DNA from: the human T2T-CHM13v2.0 reference genome, Homo sapiens
Direction: 5' to 3' (one strand)
Assembly (NCBI RefSeq): GCF_009914755.1
Contig: NC_060931.1
DNA: 64,000 nucleotides
The notes beneath the pieces are model-generated. The model was not told the DNA's origin and searched no databases. It saw only the letters and a list, made by a program, of their open reading frames with translations. Each line of letters starts with the position of its first letter. Positions within the stretch are counted from its first letter, which is position 1. Shown here one piece after another: positions 22,901-37,900 of the stretch. A program made the position numbers and the translations under genes.

Positions 22901-25900
22901 ATATTTGGACCTCTTTGAGGCCTTCGTTGCAAACGGGGTTTCTTCCTTTCATGCTAGACTAAGAAGAGTTCTCAGTAACTTTTTTGTGTTGTGTGTATTC
23001 AACTCACAGAGTTGAACCTTGCTTTAGAGAGAGCAGATTTGAAACACTCTTGCTGTGGCATTTTCAGGTGGAGATTTCAAGCGATTTGAGGACAATTGCA
23101 GAAAAGGAAATATCTTCGTATAATAACCAGACAGAATCATTCTCAGAAAGTGCTTTGTGATGTGTGCGTTCAACTCACAGAGTGTAACCTTTCTTTTCAT
23201 AGAGGAGTTTGGAAACACACTGTTTGTAAAGTCTGCAAGTGGATATATGGACCTGTTTGAGGCCTTCGTTGGAAACGGGATTTCTTCATTGAATGCTAGA
23301 CGGAAGAATTCTCAGTAAATTCTTTGTGTTGTGTGCATTCAACTCACAGAGTGGAACGTCCCTTTAGACAGAGCAGATTTGAAACACTCTTTTTGCGGAA
23401 TTTGCAAGTGGAGATTTCTAGCCATTTGATGCCAACAGTAGAAAGGGAAATATCTTCAAATAAAAACCAGACAGAATCATTCTCAGAAAATTCTTTGTGA
23501 TGTGTGCGTTCAACTCACATAGTTTAACCTTTCTTTTCATAGAGCAGTTTGGAAACACTCTGTTTGTAAAGTCTGCAAGTGGATATATGGACCGCATTGA
23601 GGCCTTCGTTGGAAACGGGATTTCTTCATTTCATGCTAGACAGAAGAATTCTCAGTAACTTCTTTGTGCTGTGTGTATTCAACTCACAGAGTGGAACGTC
23701 CCTTTACACAGAGCAGATTTGAAACACTCTTTTTGTGGAGTTTGCAAGTGGAGATTTCAAGCGATTTGATGCCAACAGTAGAAAAGGAAATATCTTCAAA
23801 TAAAAACTAGACAGAATCATTCTCAGAAACTACTTTGTGATGTGTGCCTTCAACTCACAGAGTTTAACCTTTCTTTTCTTAGAGCAGTTTAGAAACACTC
23901 TGCTTGTTATGACTGCAAGTGGATATTTGGACCTCTTTGAGGCCTTCGTTGCAAACGGGGTTTCTTCCTTTCATGCTAGACTAAGAAGAGTTCTCAGTAA
24001 CTTTTTTGTGTTGTGTGTATTCAACTCACAGAGTTGAACCTTGCTTTAGAGAGAGCAGATTTGAAACACTCTTGCTGTGGCATTTTCAGGTGGAGATTTC
24101 AAGCGATTTGAGGACAATTGCAGAAAAGGAAATATCTTCGTATAATAACCAGACAGAATCATTCTCAGAAAGTGCTTTGTGATGTGTGCGTTCAACTCAC
24201 AGAGTTTAACCTTTCTTTTCATAGAGGAGTTTGGAAACACACTGTTTGTAAGGACTGCAAGTGGATATATGGACCTGTTTGAGGCCTTCGTTGGAAACGG
24301 GATTTCTTCATTGAATGCTAGACGGAAGAATTCTCAGTAAATTCTTTGTGTTGTGTGCATTCAACTCACAGAGTGGAACGTCCCTTTAGACACAGCAGAT
24401 TTGAAACACTCTTTTTGCGGAATTTGCAAGTGGAGATTTCTAGCCATTTGATGCCAACAGTAGAAAGGGAAATATCTTCAAATAAAAACCAGACAGAATC
24501 ATTCTCAGAAAATTCTTTGTGATGTGTGCGTTCAACTCACATAGTTTAACCTTTCTTTTCATAGAGCAGTTTGGAAACACTCTGTTTGTAAAGTCTGCAA
24601 GTGGATATATGGACCGCATTGAGGCCTTCGTTGGAAACGGGATTTCTTCATTTCATGCTAGACAGAAGAATTCTCAGTAACTTCTTTGTGCTGTGTGTAT
24701 TCAACTCACAGAGTGGAACGTCCCTTTGCACAGAGCAGATTTGAAACACTCTTTTTGTGGAGTTTGCAAGTGGAGATTTCAAGCGATTTGATGCCAACAG
24801 TAGAAAAGGAAATATCTTCAAATAAAAACTAGACAGAATCATTCTCAGAAACTACTTTGTGATGTGTGCCTTCAACTCACAGAGTTTAACCTTTCTTTTC
24901 TTAGAGCAGTTTAGAAACACTCTGCTTGTTATGACTGCAAGTGGATATTTGGACCTCTTTGAGGCCTTCGTTGCAAACGGGGTTTCTTCCTTTCATGCTA
25001 GACTAAGAAGAGTTCTCAGTAACTTTTTTGTGTTGTGTGTATTCAACTCACAGAGTTGAACCTTGCTTTAGAGAGAGCAGATTTGAAACACTCTTGCTGT
25101 GGCATTTTCAGGTGGAGATTTCAAGCGATTTGAGGACAATTGCAGAAAAGGAAATATCTTCGTATAATAACCAGACAGAATCATTCTCAGAAAGTGCTTT
25201 GTGATGTGTGCGTTCAACTCACAGAGTTTAACCTTTCTTTTCATAGAGGAGTTTGGAAACACACTGTTTGTAAGGACTGCAAGTGGATATATGGACCTGT
25301 TTGAGGCCTTCGTTGGAAACGGGATTTCTTCATTGAATGCTAGACGGAAGAATTCTCAGTAAATTCTTTGTGTTGTGTGCATTCAACTCACAGAGTGGAA
25401 CGTCCCTTTAGACACAGCAGATTTGAAACACTCTTTTTGCGGAATTTGCAAGTGGAGATTTCTAGCCATTTGATGCCAACAGTAGAAAGGGAAATATCTT
25501 CAAATAAAAACCAGACAGAATCATTCTCAGCAAATTCTTTGTGATGTGTGCGTTCAACTCACATAGTTTAACCTTTCTTTTCATAGAGCAGTTTGGAAAC
25601 ACTCTGTTTGTAAAGTCTGCAAGTGGATATATGGACCGCATTGAGGCCTTCGTTGGAAACGGGATTTCTTCATTTCATGCTAGACAGAAGAATTCTCAGT
25701 AACTTCTTTGTGCTGTGTGTATTCAACTCACAGAGTGGAACGTCCCTTTGCACAGAGCAGATTTGAAACACTCTTTTTGTGGAGTTTGCAAGTGGAGATT
25801 TCAAGCGATTTGATGCCAACAGTAGAAAAGGAAATATCTTCAAATAAAAACTAGACAGAATCATTCTCAGAAACTACTTTGTGATGTGTGCCTTCAACTC

Positions 25901-28900
25901 ACAGAGTTTAACCTTTCTTTTCTTAGAGCAGTTTAGAAACACTCTGCTTGTTATGTCTGCAAGTGGATATTTGGACCTCTTTGAGGCCTTCGTTGCAAAC
26001 GGGGTTTCTTCCTTTCATGCTAGACTAAGAAGAGTTCTCAGTAACTTTTTTGTGTTGTGTGTATTCAACTCACAGAGTTGAACCTTGCTTTAGAGAGAGC
26101 AGATTTGAAACACTCTTGCTGTGGCATTTTCAGGTGGAGATTTCAAGCGATTTGAGGACAATTGCAGAAAAGGAAATATCTTCGTATAATAACCAGACAG
26201 AATCATTCTCAGAAAGTGCTTTGTGATGTGTGCGTTCAACTCACAGAGTTTAACCTTTCTTTTCATAGAGGAGTTTGGAAACACACTGTTTGTAAAGTCT
26301 GCAAGTGGATATATGGACCTGTTTGAGGCCTTCGTTGGAAACGGGATTTCTTCATTGAATGCTAGACGGAAGAATTCTCAGTAAATTCTTTGTGTTGTGT
26401 GCATTCAACTCACAGAGTGGAACGTCCCTTTAGACAGAGCAGATTTGAAACACTCTTTTTGCGGAATTTGCAAGTGGAGATTTCTAGCCATTTGATGCCA
26501 ACAGTAGAAAGGGAAATATCTTCAAATAAAAACCAGACAGAATCATTCTCAGAAAATTCTTTGTGATGTGTGCGTTCAACTCACATAGTTTAACCTTTCT
26601 TTTCATAGAGCAGTTTGGAAACACTCTGTTTGTAAAGTCTGCAAGTGGATATATGGACCGCATTGAGGCCTTCGTTGGAAACGGGATTTCTTCATTTCAT
26701 GCTAGACAGAAGAATTCTCAGTAACTTCTTTGTGCTGTGTGTATTCAACTCACAGAGTGGAACGTCCCTTTGCACAGAGCAGATTTGAAACACTCTTTTT
26801 GTGGAGTTTGCAAGTGGAGATTTCAAGCGATTTGATGCCAACAGTAGAAAAGGAAATATCTTCAAATAAAAACTAGACAGAATCATTCTCAGAAACTACT
26901 TTGTGATGTGTGCCTTCAACTCACAGAGTTTAACCTTTCTTTTCTTAGAGCAGTTTAGAAACACTCTGCTTGTTATGTCTGCAAGTGGATATTTGGACCT
27001 CTTTGAGGCCTTCGTTGCAAACGGGGTTTCTTCCTTTCATGCTAGACTAAGAAGAGTTCTCAGTAACTTTTTTGTGTTGTGTGTATTCAACTCACAGAGT
27101 TGAACCTTGCTTTAGAGAGAGCAGATTTGAAACACTCTTGCTGTGGCATTTTCAGGTGGAGATTTCAAGCGATTTGAGGACAATTGCAGAAAAGGAAATA
27201 TCTTCGTATAATAACCAGACAGAATCATTCTCAGAAAGTGCTTTGTGATGTGTGCGTTCAACTCACAGAGTTTAACCTTTCTTTTCATAGAGGAGTTTGG
27301 AAACACACTGTTTGTAAAGTCTGCAAGTGGATATATGGACCTGTTTGAGGCCTTCGTTGGAAACGGGATTTCTTCATTGAATGCTAGACGGAAGAATTCT
27401 CAGTAAATTCTTTGTGTTGTGTGCATTCAACTCACAGAGTGGAACGTCCCTTTAGACAGAGCAGATTTGAAACACTCTTTTTGCGGAATTTGCAAGTGGA
27501 GATTTCTAGCCATTTGATGCCAACAGTAGAAAGGGAAATATCTTCAAATAAAAACCAGACAGAATCATTCTCAGAAAATTCTTTGTGATGTGTGCGTTCA
27601 ACTCACATAGTTTAACCTTTCTTTTCATAGAGCAGTTTGGAAACACTCTGTTTGTAAAGTCTGCAAGTGGATATATGGACCGCATTGAGGCCTTCGTTGG
27701 AAACGGGATTTCTTCATTTCATGCTAGACAGAAGAATTCTCAGTAACTTCTTTGTGCTGTGTGTATTCAACTCACAGAGTGGAACGTCCCTTTGCACAGA
27801 GCAGATTTGAAACACTCTTTTTGTGGAATTTGCAAGTGGAGATTTCAAGCGATTTGATGCCAACAGTAGAAAAGGAAATATCTTCAAATAAAAACTAGAC
27901 AGAATCATTCTCAGAAACTACTTTGTGATGTGTGCCTTCAACTCACAGAGTTTAACCTTTCTTTTCTTAGAGCAGTTTAGAAACACTCTGCTTGTTATGT
28001 CTGCAAGTGGATATTTGGACCTCTTTGAGGCCTTCGTTGCAAACGGGGTTTCTTCCTTTCATGCTAGACTAAGAAGAGTTCTCAGTAACTTTTTTGTGTT
28101 GTGTGTATTCAACTCACAGAGTTGAACCTTGCTTTAGAGAGAGCAGATTTGAAACACTCTTGCTGTGGCATTTTCAGGTGGAGATTTCAAGCGATTTGAG
28201 GACAATTGCAGAAAAGGAAATATCTTCGTATAATAACCAGACAGAATCATTCTCAGAAAGTGCTTTGTGATGTGTGCGTTCAACTCACAGAGTTTAACCT
28301 TTCTTTTCATAGAGGAGTTTGGAAACACACTGTTTGTAAAGTCTGCAAGTGGATATATGGACCTGTTTGAGGCCTTCGTTGGAAACGGGATTTCTTCATT
28401 GAATGCTAGACGGAAGAATTCTCAGTAAATTCTTTGTGTTGTGTGCATTCAACTCACAGAGTGGAACGTCCCTTTAGACAGAGCAGATTTGAAACACTCT
28501 TTTTGCGGAATTTGCAAGTGGAGATTTCTAGCCATTTGATGCCAACAGTAGAAAGGGAAATATCTTCAAATAAAAACCAGACAGAATCATTCTCAGCAAA
28601 TTCTTTGTGATGTGTGCGTTCAACTCACATAGTTTAACCTTTCTTTTCATAGAGCAGTTTGGAAACACTCTGTTTGTAAAGTCTGCAAGTGATTATATGG
28701 ACCGCATTGAGGCCTTCGTTGGAAACGGGATTTCTTCATTTCATGCTAGACAGAAGAATTCTCAGTAACTTCTTTGTGCTGTGTGTATTCAACTCACAGA
28801 GTGGAACGTCCCTTTGCACAGAGCAGATTTGAAACACTCTTTTTGTGGAGTTTGCAAGTGGAGATTTCAAGCGATTTGATGCCAACAGTAGAAAAGGAAA

Positions 28901-31900
28901 TATCTTCAAATAAAAACTAGACAGAATCATTCTCAGAAACTACTTTGTGATGTGTGCCTTCAACTCACAGAGTTTAACATTTCTTTTCTTAGAGAAGTTT
29001 AGAAACACTCTGCTTGTTATGTCTGCAAGTGGATATTTGGACCTCTTTGAGGCCTTCGTTGCAAACGGGGTTTCTTCCTTTCATGCTAGACTAAGAAGAG
29101 TTCTCAGTAACTTTTTTGTGTTGTGTGTATTCAACTCACAGAGTTGAACCTTGCTTTAGAGAGAGCAGATTTGAAACACTCTTGCTGTGGCATTTTCAGG
29201 TGGAGATTTCAAGCGATTTGAGGACAATTGCAGAAAAGGAAATATCTTCGTATAATAACCAGACAGAATCATTCTCAGAAAGTGCTTTGTGATGTGTGCG
29301 TTCAACTCACAGAGTTTAACCTTTCTTTTCATAGAGGAGTTTGGAAACACACTGTTTGTAAAGTCTGCAAGTGGATATATGGACCTGTTTGAGGCCTTCG
29401 TTGGAAACGGGATTTCTTCATTGAATGCTAGACGGAAGAATTCTCAGTAAATTCTTTGTGTTGTGTGCATTCAACTCACAGAGTGGAACGTCCCTTTAGA
29501 CAGAGCAGATTTGAAACACTCTTTTTGCGGAATTTGCAAGTGGAGATTTCTAGCCATTTGATGCCAACAGTAGAAAGGGAAATATCTTCAAATAAAAACC
29601 AGACAGAATCATTCTCAGAAAATTCTTTGTGATGTGTGCGTTCAACTCACATAGTTTAACCTTTCTTTTCATAGAGCAGTTTGGAAACACTCTGTTTGTA
29701 AAGTCTGCAAGTGGATATATGGACCGCATTGAGGCCTTCATTGGAAACGGGATTTCTTCATTTCATGCTAGACAGAAGAATTCTCAGTAACTTCTTTGTG
29801 CTGTGTGTATTCAACTCACAGAGTGGAACGTCCCTTTACACAGAGCAGATTTGAAACACTCTTTTTGTGGAGTTTGCAAGTGGAGATTTCAAGCGATTTG
29901 ATGCCAACAGTAGAAAAGGAAATATCTTCAAATAAAAACTAGACAGAATCATTCTCAGAAACTACTTTGTGATGTGTGCCTTCAACTCACAGAGTTTAAC
30001 CTTTCTTTTCTTAGAGCAGTTTAGAAATACTCTGCTTGTTATGTCTGCAAGTGGATATTTGGACCTCTTTGAGGCCTTCGTTGCAAACGGGGTTTCTTCC
30101 TTTCATGCTAGACTAAGAAGAGTTCTCAGTAACTTTTTTGTGTTGTGTGTATTCAACTCACAGAGTTGAACCTTGCTTTAGAGAGAGCAGATTTGAAACA
30201 CTCTTGCTGTGGCATTTTCAGGTGGAGATTTCAAGCGATTTGAGGACAATTGCAGAAAAGGAAATATCTTCGTATAATAACCAGACAGAATCATTCTCAG
30301 AAAGTGCTTTGTGATGTGTGCGTTCAACTCACAGAGTTTAACCTTTCTTTTCATAGAGGAGTTTGGAAACACACTGTTTGTAAAGTCTGCAAGTGGATAC
30401 ATGGACCTGTTTGAGGCCTTCGTTGGAAACGGGATTTCTTCATTGAATGCTAGACGGAAGAATTCTCAGTAAATTCTTTGTGTTGTGTGCATTCAACTCA
30501 CAGAGTGGAACGTCCCTTTAGACAGAGCAGATTTGAAACACTCTTTTTGCGGAATTTGCAAGTGGAGATTTCTAGCCATTTGATGCCAACAGTAGAAAGG
30601 GAAATATCTTCAAATAAAAACCAGACAGAATCATTCTCAGAAAATTCTTTGTGATGTGTGCGTTCAACTCACATAGTTTAACCTTTCTTTTCATAGAGCA
30701 GTTTGGAAACACTCTGTTTGTAAAGTCTGCAAGTGGATATATGGACCGCATTGAGGCCTTCGTTGGAAACGGGATTTCTTCATTTCATGCTAGACAGAAG
30801 AATTCTCAGTAACTTCTTTGTGCTGTGTGTATTCAACTCACAGAGTGGAACGTCCCTTTGCACAGAGCAGATTTGAAACACTCTTTTTGTGGAGTTTGCA
30901 AGTGGAGATTTCAAGCGATTTGATGCCAACAGTAGAAAAGGAAATATCTTCAAATAAAAACTAGACAGAATCATTCTCAGAAACTACTTTGTGATGTGTG
31001 CCTTCAACTCACAGAGTTTAACCTTTCTTTTCTTAGAGCAGTTTAGAAACACTCTGCTTGTTATGACTGCAAGTGGATATTTGGACCTCTTTGAGGCCTT
31101 CGTTGCAAACGGGGTTTCTTCCTTTCATGCTAGACTAAGAAGAGTTCTCAGTAACTTTTTTGTGTTGTGTGTATTCAACTCACAGAGTTGAACCTTGCTT
31201 TAGAGAGAGCAGATTTGAAACACTCTTGCTGTGGCATTTTCATGTGGAGATTTCAAGCGATTTGAGGACAATTGCAGAAAAGGAAATATCTTCGTATAAT
31301 AACCAGACAGAATCATTCTCAGAAAGTGCTTTGTGATGTGTGCGTTCAACTCACAGAGTTTAACCTTTCTTTTCATAGAGGAGTTTGGAAACACACTGTT
31401 TGTAAAGTCTGCAAGTGGATATATGGACCTGTTTGAGGCCTTCGTTTGAAACGGGATTTCTTCATTGAATGCTAGACGGAAGAATTCTCAGTAAATTCTT
31501 TGTGTTGTGTGCATTCAACTCACAGAGTGGAACGTCCCTTTAGACAGAGCAGATTTGAAACACTCTTTTTGCGGAATTTGCAAGTGGAGATTTCTAGCCA
31601 TTTGATGCCAACAGTAGAAAGGGAAATATCTTCAAATAAAAACCAGACAGAATCATTCTCAGAAAATTCTTTGTGATGTGTGCGTTCAACTCACATAGTT
31701 TAACCTTTCTTTTCATAGAGCAGTTTGGAAACACTCTGTTTGTAAAGTCTGCAAGTGGATATATGGACCGCATTGAGGCCTTCGTTGGAAACGGGATTTC
31801 TTCATTTCATGCTAGACAGAAGAATTCTCAGTAACTTCTTTGTGCTGTGTGTATTCAACTCACAGAGTGGAACGTCCCTTTACACAGAGCAGATTTGAAA

Positions 31901-34900
31901 CACTCTTTTTGTGGAGTTTGCAAGTGGAGATTTCAAGCGATTTGATGCCAACAGTAGAAAAGGAAATATCTTCAAATAAAAACTAGACAGAATCATTCTC
32001 AGAAACTACTTTGTGATGTGTGCCTTCAACTCACAGAGTTTAACCTTTCTTTTCTTAGAGCAGTTTAGAAACACTCTGCTTGTTATGACTGCAAGTGGAT
32101 ATTTGGACCTCTTTGAGGCCTTCGTTGCAAACGGGGTTTCTTCCTTTCATGCTAGACTAAGAAGAGTTCTCAGTAACTTTTTTGTGTTGTGTGTATTCAA
32201 CTCACAGAGTTGAACCTTGCTTTAGAGAGAGCAGATTTGAAACACTCTTGCTGTGGCATTTTCAGGTGGAGATTTCAAGCGATTTGAGGACAATTGCAGA
32301 AAAGGAAATATCTTCGTATAATAACCAGACAGAATCATTCTCAGAAAGTGCTTTGTGATGTGTGCGTTCAACTCACAGAGTTTAACCTTTCTTTTCATAG
32401 AGGAGTTTGGAAACACACTGTTTGTAAGGACTGCAAGTGGATATATGGACCTGTTTGAGGCCTTCGTTGGAAACGGGATTTCTTCATTGAATGCTAGACG
32501 GAAGAATTCTCAGTAAATTCTTTGTGTTGTGTGCATTCAACTCACAGAGTGGAACGTCCCTTTAGACACAGCAGATTTGAAACACTCTTTTTGCGGAATT
32601 TGCAAGTGGAGATTTCTAGCCATTTGATGCCAACAGTAGAAAGGGAAATATCTTCAAATAAAAACCAGACAGAATCATTCTCAGCAAATTCTTTGTGATG
32701 TGTGCGTTCAACTCACATAGTTTAACCTTTCTTTTCATAGAGCAGTTTGGAAACACTCTGTTTGTAAAGTCTGCAAGTGGATATATGGACCGCATTGAGG
32801 CCTTCGTTGGAAACGGGATTTCTTCATTTCATGCTAGACAGAAGAATTCTCAGTAACTTCTTTGTGCTGTGTGTATTCAACTCACAGAGTGGAACGTCCC
32901 TTTGCACAGAGCAGATTTGAAACACTCTTTTTGTGGAGTTTGCAAGTGGAGATTTCAAGCGATTTGATGCCAACAGTAGAAAAGGAAATATCTTCAAATA
33001 AAAACTAGACAGAATCATTCTCAGAAACTACTTTGTGATGTGTGCCTTCAACTCACAGAGTTTAACCTTTCTTTTCTTAGAGCAGTTTAGAAACACTCTG
33101 CTTGTTATGACTGCAAGTGGATATTTGGACCTCTTTGAGGCCTTCGTTGCAAACGGGGTTTCTTCCTTTCATGCTAGACTAAGAAGAGTTCTCAGTAACT
33201 TTTTTGTGTTGTGTGTATTCAACTCACAGAGTTGAACCTTGCTTTAGAGAGAGCAGATTTGAAACACTCTTGCTGTGGCATTTTCAGGTGGAGATTTCAA
33301 GCGATTTGAGGACAATTGCAGAAAAGGAAATATCTTCGTATAATAACCAGACAGAATCATTCTCAGAAAGTGCTTTGTGATGTGTGCGTTCAACTCACAG
33401 AGTTTAACCTTTCTTTTCATAGAGGAGTTTGGAAACACACTGTTTGTAAGGACTGCAAGTGGATATATGGACCTGTTTGAGGCCTTCGTTGGAAACGGGA
33501 TTTCTTCATTGAATGCTAGACGGAAGAATTCTCAGTAAATTCTTTGTGTTGTGTGCATTCAACTCACAGAGTGGAACGTCCCTTTAGACACAGCAGATTT
33601 GAAACACTCTTTTTGCGGAATTTGCAAGTGGAGATTTCTAGCCATTTGATGCCAACAGTAGAAAGGGAAATATCTTCAAATAAAAACCAGACAGAATCAT
33701 TCTCAGCAAATTCTTTGTGATGTGTGCGTTCAACTCACATAGTTTAACCTTTCTTTTCATAGAGCAGTTTGGAAACACTCTGTTTGTAAAGTCTGCAAGT
33801 GGATATATGGACCGCATTGAGGCCTTCGTTGGAAACGGGATTTCTTCATTTCATGCTAGACAGAAGAATTCTCAGTAACTTCTTTGTGCTGTGTGTATTC
33901 AACTCACAGAGTGGAACGTCCCTTTGCACAGAGCAGATTTGAAACACTCTTTTTGTGGAGTTTGCAAGTGGAGATTTCAAGCGATTTGATGCCAACAGTA
34001 GAAAAGGAAATATCTTCAAATAAAAACTAGACAGAATCATTCTCAGAAACTACTTTGTGATGTGTGCCTTCAACTCACAGAGTTTAACATTTCTTTTCTT
34101 AGAGCAGTTTAGAAACACTCTGCTTGTTATGTCTGCAAGTGGATATTTGGACCTCTTTGAGGCCTTCGTTGCAAACGGGGTTTCTTCCTTTCATGCTAGA
34201 CTAAGAAGAGTTCTCAGTAACTTTTTTGTGTTGTGTGTATTCAACTCACAGAGTTGAACCTTGCTTTAGAGAGAGCAGATTTGAAACACTCTTGCTGTGG
34301 CATTTTCAGGTGGAGATTTCAAGCGATTTGAGGACAATTGCAGAAAAGGAAATATCTTCGTATAATAACCTGACAGAATCATTCTCAGAAAGTGCTTTGT
34401 GATGTGTGCGTTCAACTCACAGAGTTTAACCTTTCTTTTCATAGAGGAGTTTGGAAACACACTGTTTGTAAAGTCTGCAAGTGGATATATGGACCTGTTT
34501 GAGGCCTTCGTTGGAAACGGGATTTCTTCATTGAATGCTAGACGGAAGAATTCTCAGTAAATTCTTTGTGTTGTGTGCATTCAACTCACAGAGTGGAACG
34601 TCCCTTTAGACAGAGCAGATTTGAAACACTCTTTTTGCGGAATTTGCAAGTGGAGATTTCTAGCCATTTGATGCCAACAGTAGAAAGGGAAATATCTTCA
34701 AATAAAAACCAGACAGAATCATTCTCAGAAAATTCTTTGTGATGTGTGCGTTCAACTCACATAGTTTAACCTTTCTTTTCATAGAGCAGTTTGGAAACAC
34801 TCTGTTTGTAAAGTCTGCAAGTGGATATATGGACCGCATTGAGGCCTTCGTTGGAAACGGGATTTCTTCATTTCATGCTAGACAGAAGAATTCTCAGTAA

Positions 34901-37900
34901 CTTCTTTGTGCTGTGTGTATTCAACTCACAGAGTGGAACGTCCCTTTGCACAGAGCAGATTTGAAACACTCTTTTTGTGGAGTTTGCAAGTGGAGATTTC
35001 AAGCGATTTGATGCCAACAGTAGAAAAGGAAATATCTTCAAATAAAAACTAGACAGAATCATTCTCAGAAACTACTTTGTGATGTGTGCCTTCAACTCAC
35101 AGAGTTTAACCTTTCTTTTCTTAGAGCAGTTTAGAAACACTCTGCTTGTTATGTCTGCAAGTGGATATTTGGACCTCTTTGAGGCCTTCGTTGCAAACGG
35201 GGTTTCTTCCTTTCATGCTAGACTAAGAAGAGTTCTCAGTAACTTTTTTGTGTTGTGTGTATTCAACTCACAGAGTTGAACCTTGCTTTAGAGAGAGCAG
35301 ATTTGAAACACTCTTGCTGTGGCATTTTCAGGTGGAGATTTCAAGCGATTTGAGGACAATTGCAGAAAAGGAAATATCTTCGTATAATAACCAGACAGAA
35401 TCATTCTCAGAAAGTGCTTTGTGATGTGTGCGTTCAACTCACAGAGTTTAACCTTTCTTTTCATAGAGGAGTTTGGAAACACACTGTTTGTAAAGTCTGC
35501 AAGTGGATATATGGACCTGTTTGAGGCCTTCGTTGGAAACGGGATTTCTTCATTGAATGCTAGACGGAAGAATTCTCAGTAAATTCTTTGTGTTGTGTGC
35601 ATTCAACTCACAGAGTGGAACGTCCCTTTAGACAGAGCAGATTTGAAACACTCTTTTTGCGGAATTTGCAAGTGGAGATTTCTAGCCATTTGATGCCAAC
35701 AGTAGAAAGGGAAATATCTTCAAATAAAAACCAGACAGAATCATTCTCAGAAAATTCTTTGTGATGTGTGCGTTCAACTCACATAGTTTAACCTTTCTTT
35801 TCATAGAGCAGTTTGGAAACACTCTGTTTGTAAAGTCTGCAAGTGGATATATGGACCGCATTGAGGCCTTCGTTGGAAACGGGATTTCTTCATTTCATGC
35901 TAGACAGAAGAATTCTCAGTAACTTCTTTGTGCTGTGTGTATTCAACTCACAGAGTGGAACGTCCCTTTGCACAGAGCAGATTTGAAACACTCTTTTTGT
36001 GGAATTTGCAAGTGGAGATTTCAAGCGATTTGATGCCAACAGTAGAAAAGGAAATATCTTCAAATAAAAACTAGACAGAATCATTCTCAGAAACTACTTT
36101 GTGATGTGTGCCTTCAACTCACAGAGTTTAACCTTTCTTTTCTTAGAGCAGTTTAGAAACACTCTGCTTGTTATGTCTGCAAGTGGATATTTGGACCTCT
36201 TTGAGGCCTTCGTTGCAAACGGGGTTTCTTCCTTTCATGCTAGACTAAGAAGAGTTCTCAGTAACTTTTTTGTGTTGTGTGTATTCAACTCACAGAGTTG
36301 AACCTTGCTTTAGAGAGAGCAGATTTGAAACACTCTTGCTGTGGCATTTTCAGGTGGAGATTTCAAGCGATTTGAGGACAATTGCAGAAAAGGAAATATC
36401 TTCGTATAATAACCAGACAGAATCATTCTCAGAAAGTGCTTTGTGATGTGTGCGTTCAACTCACAGAGTTTAACCTTTCTTTTCATAGAGGAGTTTGGAA
36501 ACACACTGTTTGTAAAGTCTGCAAGTGGATATATGGACCTGTTTGAGGCCTTCGTTGGAAACGGGATTTCTTCATTGAATGCTAGACGGAAGAATTCTCA
36601 GTAAATTCTTTGTGTTGTGTGCATTCAACTCACAGAGTGGAACGTCCCTTTAGACAGAGCAGATTTGAAACACTCTTTTTGCGGAATTTGCAAGTGGAGA
36701 TTTCTAGCCATTTGATGCCAACAGTAGAAAGGGAAATATCTTCAAATAAAAACCAGACAGAATCATTCTCAGCAAATTATTTGTGATGTGTGCGTTCAAC
36801 TCACATAGTTTAACCTTTCTTTTCATAGAGCAGTTTGGAAACACTCTGTTTGTAAAGTCTGCAAGTGGATATATGGACCGCATTGAGGCCTTCGTTGGAA
36901 ACGGGATTTCTTCATTTCATGCTAGACAGAAGAATTCTCAGTAACTTCTTTGTGCTGTGTGTATTCAACTCACAGAGTGGAACGTCCCTTTGCACAGAGC
37001 AGATTTGAAACACTCTTTTTGTGGAGTTTGCAAGTGGAGATTTCAAGCGATTTGATGCCAACAGTAGAAAAGGAAATATCTTCAAATAAAAACTAGACAG
37101 AATCATTCTCAGAAACTACTTTGTGATGTGTGCCTTCAACTCACAGAGTTTAACATTTCTTTTCTTAGAGAAGTTTAGAAACACTCTGCTTGTTATGTCT
37201 GCAAGTGGATATTTGGACCTCTTTGAGGCCTTCGTTGCAAACGGGGTTTCTTCCTTTCATGCTAGACTAAGAAGAGTTCTCAGTAACTTTTTTGTGTTGT
37301 GTGTATTCAACTCACAGAGTTGAACCTTGCTTTAGAGAGAGCAGATTTGAAACACTCTTGCTGTGGCATTTTCAGGTGGAGATTTCAAGCGATTTGAGGA
37401 CAATTGCAGAAAAGGAAATATCTTCGTATAATAACCAGACAGAATCATTCTCAGAAAGTGCTTTGTGATGTGTGCGTTCAACTCACAGAGTTTAACCTTT
37501 CTTTTCATAGAGGAGTTTGGAAACACACTGTTTGTAAAGTCTGCAAGTGGATATATGGACCTGTTTGAGGCCTTCGTTGGAAACGGGATTTCTTCATTGA
37601 ATGCTAGACGGAAGAATTCTCAGTAAATTCTTTGTGTTGTGTGCATTCAACTCACAGAGTGGAACGTCCCTTTAGACAGAGCAGATTTGAAACACTCTTT
37701 TTGCGGAATTTGCAAGTGGAGATTTCTAGCCATTTGATGCCAACAGTAGAAAGGGAAATATCTTCAAATAAAAACCAGACAGAATCATTCTCAGAAAATT
37801 CTTTGTGATGTGTGCGTTCAACTCACATAGTTTAACCTTTCTTTTCATAGAGCAGTTTGGAAACACTCTGTTTGTAAAGTCTGCAAGTGGATATATGGAC

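Noticed and set aside
31440-31456. CENP-B box variant cttcgtttgaaacggga
   Set aside because: The change is at a non-core position, so the box is not counted as inactivated.
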